A stretch of 33,428 bases of DNA from an uncultured Oscillospiraceae bacterium (GCA_964474475.1 CAYYTD010000001.1:1-33428), one strand, 5' to 3'. Positions 1 to 9,433 are shown, counted from the stretch's first letter. Notes: a model not told the origin generated them from the letters alone. Made by a program: numbers and translations.

Positions 1-1
1 C

Positions 2-643
2 GACGGCGCCATCATCATGAGCCCCTGTTTGCACGACGAAAGAGTGGTGCAGTTTGATTCGCAACACGCCGATTTCGTGGTAATCGGTCGTCCGGAAAAT
101 TCCGAAGCCATCAGCTACGTGGACGTAGACAACGTGGGGCTGGCAAGGGACACCACCCTCAAATTGATGGAGCTTTCGGGGCTTGACAATGTGTACCTCG
201 TCAACAGCGGCGAAGAAATGACCATTTCTCAAGACCGTATCAACGGTTTCGTAGAGGCGTGTGCCAAATGCGGCTTGAATGCGGAAGGTCGCATACTTTC
301 AAGGGCGGCTTTCGTTGGCGACGACGTTCAGGAGGAGGCACGTGCCAAGGTGCAGGCAGGTAGCATCTTCATTACCTGCGATGACATCGTTGCTCAAAAA
401 ATTTACGGCGTTGCCGCCGAAAAGAATTTGGTAGTGGGTGAGGACGTTTCTGTGTTCTCTCTCGGTCGCTCCAAGGATAGCGGCACTTTTACTCCGCCGC
501 TCAGCTACGCCAAGCAAGATTACGGCCTTTTGGGCAAGACTGCAGTAAGCGTACTTATTTCACTCATAGAGGAAAAGGCACAAAAATCGCAAATCTTCAT
601 CAAAAGTGAAATAATTTTTGGCAACTCAGTGAAAAAATTTTAA
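2..643 (+). CDS. LacI/GalR-family transcriptional repressor, C-terminal sugar-binding part (5' truncated by window edge)
   Basis: The frame is open to the window start (DGAIIMSP...). The sequence resembles the periplasmic-binding-protein-like effector domain of LacI repressors, e.g. VDVDNVGLARDTTLKLMELSG and IFITCDDIVAQKIYGVAAEKNLVVGEDVSVFSLG. The N-terminal HTH would lie upstream of the window. Confidence 0.75.
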   Translation, partial: DGAIIMSPCLHDERVVQFDSQHADFVVIGRPENSEAISYVDVDNVGLARDTTLKLMELSGLDNVYLVNSGEEMTISQDRINGFVEACAKCGLNAEGRILSRAAFVGDDVQEEARAKVQAGSIFITCDDIVAQKIYGVAAEKNLVVGEDVSVFSLGRSKDSGTFTPPLSYAKQDYGLLGKTAVSVLISLIEEKAQKSQIFIKSEIIFGNSVKKF

Positions 644-651
644 AAAAGGTA

Positions 652-680
652 TTGATTTTCCGTTCAATTAGCAATATAAT
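652..680 (+). promoter_or_regulatory. Sigma-70-type promoter candidate for the mannan locus
   Basis: TTGATT (652-657), a 17-nt spacer, then TATAAT (675-680). It sits about 130 nt upstream of the GH125 start. Confidence 0.5.
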
Positions 681-692
681 TAATGCGAATTG

Positions 693-792
693 AAAAAACG
701 GTTTTTTAGCTGTATCAGAAAAACGGTTTTTAATAACCGTTATTTTTTACCCCTTTAATGGGAAAAAGAGCGTTTTTTGACGTAAACGTTTA
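693..792 (+). promoter_or_regulatory. Cluster of four short palindromes, candidate LacI-type operators
   Basis: AAAAAACGGTTTTTT 693-707, AAAAACGGTTTTT 719-731, AATAACCGTTATT 732-744 and the perfect 10-mer TAAACGTTTA 783-792. All lie between the candidate -10 and the RBS AAGGAG (796-801). The AAACGTTT core resembles LacI/CcpA-type operators. Confidence 0.4.
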
Positions 793-811
793 ACAAAGGA
801 GATGTCGTCTT

Positions 812-2080
812 TTGAAATACGAAGTTTTGTACGGCTTTGTCGATAAGGCTGCAAATTTGCTTGCCGATCCCGTCGAAAAGGAGATGTTTCGCAAGTGCTA
901 CTTAAACACGCTGGAAACCACCGTGGAAGAGGACTGCGAAGACGTTTTTATTAAAACGGGTGATATTCCTGCCATGTGGCTCCGCGACAGTAGCGTGCAG
1001 GTGAGCCATTACGTGAGGCTTGCCGGCAAGGATCCCGACGTGAAGGAGTTAATTCGGTCGGTACTCAAAAGGCAATTCAAGTGTATTCTCATCGATCCTT
1101 ACGCAAATGCCTTCAACAAAACCGCCAACGGCATGGGGCACAAGGACGTTACCGAAAACAACGACAACGTGTGGGAACGTAAGTTTGAGCTCGATTCGCT
1201 AACCTATCCCCTTTGGCTGCTCAACAATTACTACTTTTACACGGGCGATGCGCAAGTGTTCGACGAGTTGTTTTTCAAGGCGTACGAACTAACGCTTAAA
1301 ACCATGCAGGTAGAGCAACATCACGACGAGCGTTCTCCTTACTACTTTAAGCGCTTTGGCGAGTTTTGTTACGACACGCTGGAAAATGACGGCAAAGGCG
1401 CCCCGACGGGATACACGGGAATGGTGTGGTGCGCGTTCAGACCTAGCGACGATCGCTGCAAATATCATTATCTCGTTCCTGCAAATATATTTGCATCCAC
1501 AACGCTCAAAAAACTTCTTGTCAACTTGGAAAGCGCCGGAGTGGACAACCCTTACAAAGAGGCAACGGAAAAACTCGTTGAACAAATTGACCGCGGCGTG
1601 GCGGAACACGGAGTTATCCACACCGAGCAGGGCGACGTGTACGCTTACGAAGTGGACGGGCTTGGTGACGTAAGTTTCATGGACGACGCCAACGTGCCCA
1701 GTTTGTTGTCCTTGCCTTACCTCGGCTGTTGCGCCAAGGACGACAAAGTGTATCTCAACACACGCCAAGCCGTGTTGAGTGAACAAAACCCCTATTATTT
1801 TTGCGGAAAGTATGCATCTGGGGTAGGTAGTCCCCACACTCCGCACAATTACGTTTGGCACATAGCTTTAATAATTCAAGCGTTAACCTCGCTTGACGTC
1901 GACGAAAAGCAAAGGATAAGAGAAATTCTCAAAAATACCACTGCGGGCACGCTGTTCATGCACGAAGGGTTCAATGTCGACAATCACTACGAATTTACTC
2001 GGGAGTGGTTTGCTTGGGCAAATACACTCTACGCAACATTTATTATGGATTGCGTAATAGATAAAGACGAAATTATTTAA
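812..2080 (+). CDS. Glycoside hydrolase family 125 (metal-independent exo-alpha-1,6-mannosidase, DUF1237)
   Basis: 422-aa ORF with a TTG start 10 nt after AAGGAG. The KTGDIPAMWLRDSSVQ motif and overall length are typical of GH125. No signal peptide, so probably cytoplasmic. The exact start codon is uncertain. Confidence 0.8.
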   Translation: MKYEVLYGFVDKAANLLADPVEKEMFRKCYLNTLETTVEEDCEDVFIKTGDIPAMWLRDSSVQVSHYVRLAGKDPDVKELIRSVLKRQFKCILIDPYANAFNKTANGMGHKDVTENNDNVWERKFELDSLTYPLWLLNNYYFYTGDAQVFDELFFKAYELTLKTMQVEQHHDERSPYYFKRFGEFCYDTLENDGKGAPTGYTGMVWCAFRPSDDRCKYHYLVPANIFASTTLKKLLVNLESAGVDNPYKEATEKLVEQIDRGVAEHGVIHTEQGDVYAYEVDGLGDVSFMDDANVPSLLSLPYLGCCAKDDKVYLNTRQAVLSEQNPYYFCGKYASGVGSPHTPHNYVWHIALIIQALTSLDVDEKQRIREILKNTTAGTLFMHEGFNVDNHYEFTREWFAWANTLYATFIMDCVIDKDEII

Positions 2081-2101
2081 AATTAAATAGGAGTAGAAAA
2101 A

Positions 2102-3463
2102 ATGTTTAAGAAAATTGCTTGTTTATTGATAGCGGTAGTCATGTGTTTGTCCGTGGCTGTAGCGCTCACGGCATGCGGCCCGCAGGGCAGAGATGAAAAC
2201 ACCATCTTGCTTTGGGCAGGCGGTCAGTGGACGGGTACCGACGCCGACAACCTTTACAAGTACGTCGATTGGTACAACGACAATAACGACCTGGGTTTGA
2301 CCATCGAGCTGCAAATTCAAACGGACTTTGAAATGAACTTTGCGGCTGCAATCAACACCAACACGGGCCCCGACCTGATGATTTGGGACAGATTCAACAC
2401 CCCGTCTTACGCTTACGACGAAGTTTTGCTTCCTCTCGACGAGTATATCGAGCGTGACGGAGTTGATGTAAACAAGTTCAACAGCACTGCTTACAACGAA
2501 ATGAACTACAAAAATATCCAATACGGACTTCCTCTCGACTTGGATATGTGGGGCGTGTACGTAAATATGGACGTTATCAATGCCTACAACGAACAAAATC
2601 CCACTGACAAAATTACCTGCTTCTGGAATGAAGACGGAACCGACCGCCTCGAATGGACGTGGGAAGAACTTCTTGATACGGCAACGAAAATTAAAGGGCT
2701 CAATTACCAGGTTGCAGGCACCACCGTGCAAGTCAAGAGTGGTTTCGACGGAAAGGACGTAAGCGAATTTTTCTACCACAACTACGTTTCCACCGGCAAA
2801 GAGTTCTTTGACGAAGACGGCAAAGCCAACGTAAACACGCCCGAAGGCGAAGCCCTCCTCAGTTATTTGCACAAACTTTACAACAACACTTATACCGAAG
2901 GTTACGTTAGCGAAATGGCGTTCGTTCAAGGTCAACTTGCAATGTACTATCGTCCCACCTACTTCATTTCCTATTTGCAAACCTTTGCAAGCAACATCAA
3001 CGTTAGATACATGCCTCAACCCAAGTATAGCGGCGAAGGCGGCATGAACCGTGGCGTACTTGGCGGATACGGACTTGCCATTCCTAAACCCATTTACGAA
3101 CAAAACAGAGACGACGCTTGGCAAGCCAAGGTGGAGCGCTGCTGGGATTTCATGATGGATTGGGTTTACAATGAAGAAAACATGCTCAAATGGGCGGAAA
3201 TCAGTAGCACCGTTCCCGCACTCAAGTCCACACATACAAACGAAATCATTACCGGCAACAAAGTGCTTCGCGACACCGTTCCTTTCGCCGACACTTACAC
3301 CACACGTCCCAGCGTTCCCGGTTGGAAAGACGTTCAAGTTAACGTATTTAACGGCTATGTAACCTCTTTCTGTAAGGGTACTGATAGCAAAACTACGAGA
3401 GAAAGCATTCTCAACACCATTCAAACACAAACGGACAATCTCTTAAAGGTATATCTTAAATAA
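2102..3463 (+). CDS. ABC transporter extracellular solute-binding lipoprotein (carbohydrate, family 1)
   Basis: Lipoprotein signal MFKKIACLLIAVVMCLSVAVALTAC-G. About 450 aa, W/Y-rich like sugar-binding proteins. It lies immediately upstream of two permease genes. RBS GGAG upstream. Confidence 0.85.
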   Translation: MFKKIACLLIAVVMCLSVAVALTACGPQGRDENTILLWAGGQWTGTDADNLYKYVDWYNDNNDLGLTIELQIQTDFEMNFAAAINTNTGPDLMIWDRFNTPSYAYDEVLLPLDEYIERDGVDVNKFNSTAYNEMNYKNIQYGLPLDLDMWGVYVNMDVINAYNEQNPTDKITCFWNEDGTDRLEWTWEELLDTATKIKGLNYQVAGTTVQVKSGFDGKDVSEFFYHNYVSTGKEFFDEDGKANVNTPEGEALLSYLHKLYNNTYTEGYVSEMAFVQGQLAMYYRPTYFISYLQTFASNINVRYMPQPKYSGEGGMNRGVLGGYGLAIPKPIYEQNRDDAWQAKVERCWDFMMDWVYNEENMLKWAEISSTVPALKSTHTNEIITGNKVLRDTVPFADTYTTRPSVPGWKDVQVNVFNGYVTSFCKGTDSKTTRESILNTIQTQTDNLLKVYLK

Positions 3464-3486
3464 CACCATTAACGGAGGAAACGAAA

Positions 3487-4392
3487 ATGCGCAAAGGTAA
3501 AAAAATATCCGCAATGCAACGTTCGCAAGAACGTACGGCCTATGCGTTTATCCTGCCGGCATTGATTTTTTTCTGCTTGTTTACCTTGCTGCCCGTCTTG
3601 ATGGCTTTGTTTTTTTCTTTTTGCGACTACAGCCAAAAAAACCTCAGCAAAATCACTTGGACGGGTTTTTCCAACTACATTGAAATTTTCACAGCCGAAG
3701 GTCTTGCCCCCTTCCGTGAATCTTTCTTGAACGTACTTTACTACGTAGCAATGTACGTACCATTGGTAGTAATAATATCCTTGCTTTTTGCAGTGCTTGT
3801 CAATCAAAAGATAAGGGGTGCAAAGGCGTTTAGAATCATGTACTATCTTCCTTCTGTCACAAGCGGTGTGGCGGCGGCGTTCGTATTTCAGTTCATCTTT
3901 AACGCCGCCGACTACGGCTTGATGAACCAAATAATATTTGGCGGAAAGGAATTCGACTGGTTGGGCACGGGGGGCGTGGCAATGGCAGTTATTGCCTTGG
4001 TAAACGTTTGGGGCGCAATCGGCGGAAACATGATTATCTATCTTGCCGCGTTGCAGGGCGTTCCGCCCGATATCGTCGAGGCGGCGCAGGTAGACGGAGC
4101 CAACAAATGGCAAGTGTTCAAGCACATCACCCTTCCGCAAATAGCTCAAGCCACCTTCTTCGTGGTCATGATGAGCTTGATAGGCGCATTCCAACTTTAC
4201 GACCAAGTCAAGATTATGACGGGCGGCGGATCGGGCACGGCAACGCCGGTATTCCAAATTTACTTTATGTCTTACGACAGCAACCGCAGCGGTATGGCAA
4301 ACGCAATGGCAGTGGTACTTTTCGTGGTTATCTTGATTATCACCACCATCAACAATAAGGTGCAAGACAAGATTAACGGCACGGAAGATTAG
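3487..4392 (+). CDS. Carbohydrate ABC transporter permease (MalF/UgpA-like)
   Basis: Polytopic membrane protein with the EAA loop EAAQVDGANKWQVFKHITLPQI. RBS GGAGG upstream. Confidence 0.9.
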   Translation: MRKGKKISAMQRSQERTAYAFILPALIFFCLFTLLPVLMALFFSFCDYSQKNLSKITWTGFSNYIEIFTAEGLAPFRESFLNVLYYVAMYVPLVVIISLLFAVLVNQKIRGAKAFRIMYYLPSVTSGVAAAFVFQFIFNAADYGLMNQIIFGGKEFDWLGTGGVAMAVIALVNVWGAIGGNMIIYLAALQGVPPDIVEAAQVDGANKWQVFKHITLPQIAQATFFVVMMSLIGAFQLYDQVKIMTGGGSGTATPVFQIYFMSYDSNRSGMANAMAVVLFVVILIITTINNKVQDKINGTED

Positions 4393-4405
4393 GGAGGAGC
4401 ACGAC

Positions 4406-5326
4406 ATGGCAATGAAAACTTATGGTAAGTCGGCGCTTTCGACGTCAAAACGTGTGTGGAACGTAACCAGCAAAGTACTTATTTACATATTGATGACTTT
4501 TTTTGCAGTCGTCATGCTGCTTCCCTTTTATTGGTCCATCATTACGGCAATTCGACCGGACTCCGAATCGCAAAAAATTCCCCTTTCCTTTATTCCGGAG
4601 CAAATCACCTTTGAAAACTTTACAAAGTTTTTCTCCAATAGGCAGGTCAATTTCTTTTCCGCCTTGGGGTATACGGTGTTGATTACCGTGGTGGGTATGT
4701 TCACCAACCTGTTCTTTGGCAGTATGGCAGGTTACGCCTTTGCCAAATTGCAGTTTAGGGGGCGCAAGGTCATCTTCCAAATTATGATTACCGCCCTCAT
4801 GATACCGAGCATAGTAACGCTTTTGCCTCAATATTTCGTTTTGGCAAAGTTTCCGCTTGTAGGCGGCAACGATATTTTCGGTCAAGGCGGTGCAGGTTTC
4901 GTAGGCACTCCGTGGGCAGTAGTTTTGCCCGGCGCAATAGGCGTTTACGGCATATTCTTCATGCGGCAATTCTTCCACGGCACGCCAAACGCTCTCGGCG
5001 AAGCGGCACGAATTGATGGTGCAAGCGAATTTAGAATTTTTTGGCAGATTTATCTGCCGCAAGTGTCGTCGGGACTCATCACCCTCGGCATCATCACATT
5101 TAACTCTTATTGGAACTCCTACTTGTGGCCAAGCGTAGTGCTTCCTCAATCGAGTCAAGTACAAATGTTGTCGCTAATTTTGGGGCGTTATCAACAAGTG
5201 TACGACGCAAACTATGGTGCAATTATGGCAGGTTCGCTGATTATTATGTTGCCCTCTCTGCTCATCTTTGCCTTCCTTCAAAAATACTTTATGAACACCG
5301 TGACCTTTGCGGGTATAAAGGAGTAA
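4406..5326 (+). CDS. Carbohydrate ABC transporter permease (MalG/UgpE-like)
   Basis: Polytopic membrane protein with the EAA loop EAARIDGASEFRIFWQIYLPQV. RBS GGGAGG upstream. Confidence 0.9.
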   Translation: MAMKTYGKSALSTSKRVWNVTSKVLIYILMTFFAVVMLLPFYWSIITAIRPDSESQKIPLSFIPEQITFENFTKFFSNRQVNFFSALGYTVLITVVGMFTNLFFGSMAGYAFAKLQFRGRKVIFQIMITALMIPSIVTLLPQYFVLAKFPLVGGNDIFGQGGAGFVGTPWAVVLPGAIGVYGIFFMRQFFHGTPNALGEAARIDGASEFRIFWQIYLPQVSSGLITLGIITFNSYWNSYLWPSVVLPQSSQVQMLSLILGRYQQVYDANYGAIMAGSLIIMLPSLLIFAFLQKYFMNTVTFAGIKE

Positions 5327-5329
5327 TTC

Positions 5330-6790
5330 ATGAAAGTAAACGCACAAATTATCACGAAAGGCGTATTTGCGCTTTTGCTCATCGTCGTAATGCTTGCGCC
5401 TGTCTTCACCTTTACTGCTTGGGCAGCAGACGACACGGCGGCAAAAGAAGCATTAACACCGCACAGAGAGGAATACGGCAAAACCGTCGGCGAAGTAATT
5501 ACTCTTTCCGATGGCAAAACCGTTTGCCAAAACTACGAGTACGGTTACGTTTATGCAGAAAAAACGGCGGACGACCGTTATTCCAACAAACGTGATGTCG
5601 GCGGAATGAATATAGATGCGGACGGCAAAACGGAATTTGTCGACATGCAGGCTTTTATTCTCAACAGAGATGCCGATCACGACGTACAAACGGTTTGGAA
5701 AAAACTCAACACCAAGTACGACAAAAACGTGGCTTACAACGCAAACTACGCTTTGCAAAAAATCTACACCGAATACGCCGCTCTTTGCGACGACGGATAC
5801 AACTGCGGCATTCCTACGGATAATCTCAGCGTTTGGGACGGCGCCGTTATCAAGCTTGACTTTTACGACGGCGACAGCGAATACGGCTTTGAAAGTCCGC
5901 GCGTTCACGTCACCACGATAGCTTATTCCTTCCTTAACGACAAGGCGTACATGATTTCCGGCGAATTCTTCAACTTTTACAAAGAAGCCAAAGCAGGCAG
6001 CCTCATGGAACCCATTTCCGATCCTTTCGCTTACGAGTTGGAAGGAATGAAGGGCAAGGCACAGGCGTTTGCTCAAGGCATGCTTTTCCTCCCCGAAAAG
6101 GGCGATTTGCTTGTGCGTGCAGGCGTTAGGTACAACGAAGAAACGGGCAAGTTTGAAACGCTGGAAATGGATTTTGACGAGCTTACTCGCACGGAAATTA
6201 CGCAGCCTGCAATCGATGCAAGCCCCTTCTACGGCAACAAAGGTTTAACGGTTGCCGACGTTCAGCAAAAATTCCACGACAAATTTTACGAACTTGTCGA
6301 CGACGGATTCATTCCGGGAATTCCCGACCACGAAGGCATCCTTTATTGGGACAGTTTGTACCTCAAACAGGCTTATGTAGGCAGTGAGGGTACGGGCAAC
6401 GCTTGGGGTAGAACCAACATGATGCTTATGCTCAACCCCAACGACATGAAGGTTTACATGATTTACGGCGAAATTCTCAACATCGTCGACGAATCGGCAC
6501 AAGGACTTGGCAACGCTCAAAAACTCGGCTATCCCCTCGGCGATCAAAAGACGGCAGAAGTGAACGGTTTAACTTATTATTACCAAGATTTCTCCGAAGG
6601 AACCATCTATTCCATCGAAAACGTTCCCCAGCTCACTCGCTTTATCAAGGGAAAAACGTTTGACCAAATAATTGCCGACAAAGGTGCATCCAAACCCAAC
6701 AACCCCACGTTTTACTACGTAGTTCAGTCTTGGTTCCGCAGGATATTCATTTCCATATCTCGTTGGTTCAGCGGACTGTTCGGCGCATAG
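5330..6790 (+). CDS. Secreted protein of unknown function with an internal duplication and LGFP-like repeats
   Basis: Signal peptide ending TFTAWA-ADD. Duplicated segments: YTEYAALCDDGYNCGIPTDNLSVWDG vs FHDKFYELVDDGFIPGIPDHEGILYWDS, and MISGEFFNFYKE vs MIYGEILNIVDE. LGFP-like segment LGYPLGDQKTAEVNGLTYYYQDFSEGTIY. The start is 3 nt after the permease stop. Confidence 0.6.
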   Translation: MKVNAQIITKGVFALLLIVVMLAPVFTFTAWAADDTAAKEALTPHREEYGKTVGEVITLSDGKTVCQNYEYGYVYAEKTADDRYSNKRDVGGMNIDADGKTEFVDMQAFILNRDADHDVQTVWKKLNTKYDKNVAYNANYALQKIYTEYAALCDDGYNCGIPTDNLSVWDGAVIKLDFYDGDSEYGFESPRVHVTTIAYSFLNDKAYMISGEFFNFYKEAKAGSLMEPISDPFAYELEGMKGKAQAFAQGMLFLPEKGDLLVRAGVRYNEETGKFETLEMDFDELTRTEITQPAIDASPFYGNKGLTVADVQQKFHDKFYELVDDGFIPGIPDHEGILYWDSLYLKQAYVGSEGTGNAWGRTNMMLMLNPNDMKVYMIYGEILNIVDESAQGLGNAQKLGYPLGDQKTAEVNGLTYYYQDFSEGTIYSIENVPQLTRFIKGKTFDQIIADKGASKPNNPTFYYVVQSWFRRIFISISRWFSGLFGA

Positions 6791-6825
6791 GCTGACTTAT
6801 TGAAATCAAGAAAGAGGTGAAAAAC

Positions 6826-8118
6826 ATGAAGAAAATACTATCCTTAACCCTGATTTTAGTAATAGCGTTAAGCGGGCTAACATTAGTTGCGTGTTCGGGC
6901 GATCTCGAGGCAGGCACCGGGTTTAACGTTAACAGCCTGTCCACAAGAAATCTCATGCGCGGCGAATACATGTCCATCGAGCTTTACAATGACTTCTTCG
7001 TCCCCGAGCTTGAATACGCACACCGCAACATTCCTCAACTTGAGGGCGAATCCGACTGGTCGGACTGCTGGCGTTTTACCGGGCTCGTAAGCATGATGCT
7101 TCGGCTCAACGAACTTACGGATAACAAGTATCAAGACGAAATGAAATCCATCTTTTCGGCTTTCGATTACTATCGCGGCGTTCGTGACGACAACACGGTT
7201 GGCCCCAACGGAACGGGACGCGAATTTACCGTTTTTGCCGTTAACCGCGCTACGAGAGGCAAATTCAAGGCAAACGCACTCGGCACCTTGTCGGTATTCG
7301 ACGACCAAATTTGGATTGCACGCGAATACTACAATGCTTACAAGCTTTACGGCGACAAGATTTATCTCGATACTGCCATCGAACTTGCTGAATACGTTTA
7401 TTTGGTAGGGTTCATGCCCAACGTAGGCGGCATCACTTGGGGACAGGACTACACTTCCCGTCACTCGTGCAGCAACGCTCCTTTCATTAAGGTACTCGTT
7501 GACCTTTACAAGGAAACAAAGCGTGATGATTTCTTGACCTGGGCAACCAACGTTTACGAATTCATGTACAACACGCTGCGCGATCCGTCCGACAATCTTT
7601 ACTACGACCTTGTCGGCACCATTTTCAACGAAGACGGCGTGCCCGTTAGCAACGACAGTTTCAACAAAACCAAGTACACCTACAACAGCGGAGCAATGAT
7701 AAGCGCAGGCGTTGCCATGTACAACGTTACCGGCAACGAAACTTACCTCGATCACGCAAGAGCAACGGCAGAGGGATGCCGCGCGTACTTTGGCTACCAC
7801 GATTTCAAAGAGGGTTACGTCATGTATCCCACGGCAACCACAACTTGGTTCAACTTGGTAATGTACATCGGCTACTACGACCTTTTCCTTGCAGATCCCA
7901 CGCAAACGGTCTATCTTGACGACGTGCAAAAAACCATCGACTACGCTTACGACAACTACGGCAGAGACGGTTACATCCCCGTATCTTGGCTTGCCGGTTG
8001 GGAAGAGGGCTGGGCAAAGAGCGATTGCAAGAACCTGCTCGACCACACATCCCACGCCGAAACGTACCTGTTGTTGTCGCAATATCAACAAGCAAAGGAA
8101 GAGTTGCAGGAAAAATAA
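6826..8118 (+). CDS. Glycoside hydrolase family 76 (endo-alpha-1,6-mannanase) lipoprotein
   Basis: Lipobox LTLVAC-SG. GH76-like catalytic DD motif in SVFDDQIWIAREYYNAYKLYGDKIYLDTA, and KYTYNSGAMISAGVAMYNVTGNETYLDHA. The ORF track starts at GTG 6817, but ATG 6826 has better spacing to the AGAGG RBS. Confidence 0.75.
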   Translation: MKKILSLTLILVIALSGLTLVACSGDLEAGTGFNVNSLSTRNLMRGEYMSIELYNDFFVPELEYAHRNIPQLEGESDWSDCWRFTGLVSMMLRLNELTDNKYQDEMKSIFSAFDYYRGVRDDNTVGPNGTGREFTVFAVNRATRGKFKANALGTLSVFDDQIWIAREYYNAYKLYGDKIYLDTAIELAEYVYLVGFMPNVGGITWGQDYTSRHSCSNAPFIKVLVDLYKETKRDDFLTWATNVYEFMYNTLRDPSDNLYYDLVGTIFNEDGVPVSNDSFNKTKYTYNSGAMISAGVAMYNVTGNETYLDHARATAEGCRAYFGYHDFKEGYVMYPTATTTWFNLVMYIGYYDLFLADPTQTVYLDDVQKTIDYAYDNYGRDGYIPVSWLAGWEEGWAKSDCKNLLDHTSHAETYLLLSQYQQAKEELQEK

Positions 8119-8173
8119 TTTCTTGTGCAAAGTTTAGTCAAGCAAAAAACTGTTTTTTTGGGAGGCGTTGCCA

Positions 8174-9376
8174 ATGAACATGCAGCAAGCAACCGCAATG
8201 GCACAAACCGTTCTCGATTTGTACGTGAAGGATACGGCAGACAAGGGTTTGGTTGTATACAACGTACTTAATGACAAGGACGAGCCTTCGGACGTAACGG
8301 ACTTTTGGTCCATGACCTCTCTTTTGGCGCTGGCAGTGCGTATGTCGGCGGCAAACGGCGGCAAGTACAAGGACGCCGTCGAAAGAGTAGTGGAGGCAAT
8401 GGAGTACTATCGCGGCTACCGCAAGGATAACCACGCGGGCGAAAACGGTGAAGGCAGGAACTTCAGCGTTTACGCCGTTCCCAGAGGCAAAGCCAAGGGG
8501 GAAGCCGACGTAATAGGCGAAAGGGGCGAGCTGTCCGTTTTCGATGACCAAATTTGGGTAGCGATAGAAATGGTCAACGCTTACAACCTTTACGGCGAAG
8601 ACAAATATTTGCAAATTGCCAAAGAGCTTACCGAGTATATTTATGAAGTAGGCAACGATCCTTACCTTGGTGGCATCTATTGGGGACAAGCTTACACAAC
8701 GCGACACGCTTGCAGCAATGCACCGTTCGTAAAACTTGCCGCACTAATGTACCAAGCCACGGGCGAAGAAAAGTATCTTTCTTGGGCAAAAGCCATTTAC
8801 GAATTTTGCTACACGACGTTGCGGGATGAAAATGACGATTTGTACGTCGACTTAATTGGCACCGTGTACCAAGAGGAGTCCAAGGATATTTGGCATGGTG
8901 GCAAGAGCGTACAAAACGGCAGCATAGACGACAAAAAGTACACTTACAACAGCGGAGCAATGATAAGCGGCGGTGCGTACCTTTACAAAATAACGGGAGA
9001 ATCGCGCTATCTTAACGAAGCAAAAGCAACGGCGCAAAGCTGTCGCAAACGTTTTGGCAATACCCAAATAAAAGAAGGATGCGTGGTGTATCCCGGCAGC
9101 GACGGCGGCACCACGTTCAGCTGGTTCAATTTAATAATGTTCAAGGGCTTTTATGATCTTTTTACGGTGGACGAGTCTTCGGCGCATTACCTTGAAGAAG
9201 TAAAAACGGTTGTCGATTACGACTACGCACACTACGAAAGGAACGGGTTTGTTCCCACCTCCGGCGCAATCGGTTGGACTAACGGCAGAAACTCCTTTAA
9301 TAATCGCATATTGATGGACCACGTTACCAATGCCGATGTAGCCTTGCTCGTAGAACAGTTCAGCTTGCAAAAATAA
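8174..9376 (+). CDS. Glycoside hydrolase family 76 paralogue with no signal peptide (probably intracellular)
   Basis: Same motifs as the upstream paralogue: SVFDDQIWVAIEMVNAYNLYGEDKYLQIA and KYTYNSGAMISGGAYLYKITGESRYLNEA. No hydrophobic N-terminus. ATG 8174 is 8 nt after GGAGG (8161-8165); the ORF track gives TTG 8168. Confidence 0.75.
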   Translation: MNMQQATAMAQTVLDLYVKDTADKGLVVYNVLNDKDEPSDVTDFWSMTSLLALAVRMSAANGGKYKDAVERVVEAMEYYRGYRKDNHAGENGEGRNFSVYAVPRGKAKGEADVIGERGELSVFDDQIWVAIEMVNAYNLYGEDKYLQIAKELTEYIYEVGNDPYLGGIYWGQAYTTRHACSNAPFVKLAALMYQATGEEKYLSWAKAIYEFCYTTLRDENDDLYVDLIGTVYQEESKDIWHGGKSVQNGSIDDKKYTYNSGAMISGGAYLYKITGESRYLNEAKATAQSCRKRFGNTQIKEGCVVYPGSDGGTTFSWFNLIMFKGFYDLFTVDESSAHYLEEVKTVVDYDYAHYERNGFVPTSGAIGWTNGRNSFNNRILMDHVTNADVALLVEQFSLQK

Positions 9377-9433
9377 GTATTAACTTGCGGTAGACCGCAT
9401 TAATAAATAAAAACAAAAAAAGGAGAAGTAAAG

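Noticed and set aside
2123-3430. Very long antisense ORFs opposite well-supported genes, e.g. 2123-3430(-), 3469-4407(-), 6883-8130(-), 10076-11326(-), 15508-16326(-), 16411-17079(-), 19870-20826(-), 21013-21876(-) and 29456-30319(+).
   Set aside because: Each fully overlaps a sense gene with clear family motifs and a good RBS. Their translations are V/F/R/C/H/N-rich and low in complexity, with no recognisable domains or RBS. They are typical shadow ORFs caused by codon bias that avoids the reverse complements of stop codons.
9377-9433. A small hairpin (TGCGG-TAGA-CCGCA) between GH76-2 and the giant lipoprotein gene, considered as a terminator.
   Set aside because: The stem is only 5 bp and no T-tract follows, which is too weak to call.
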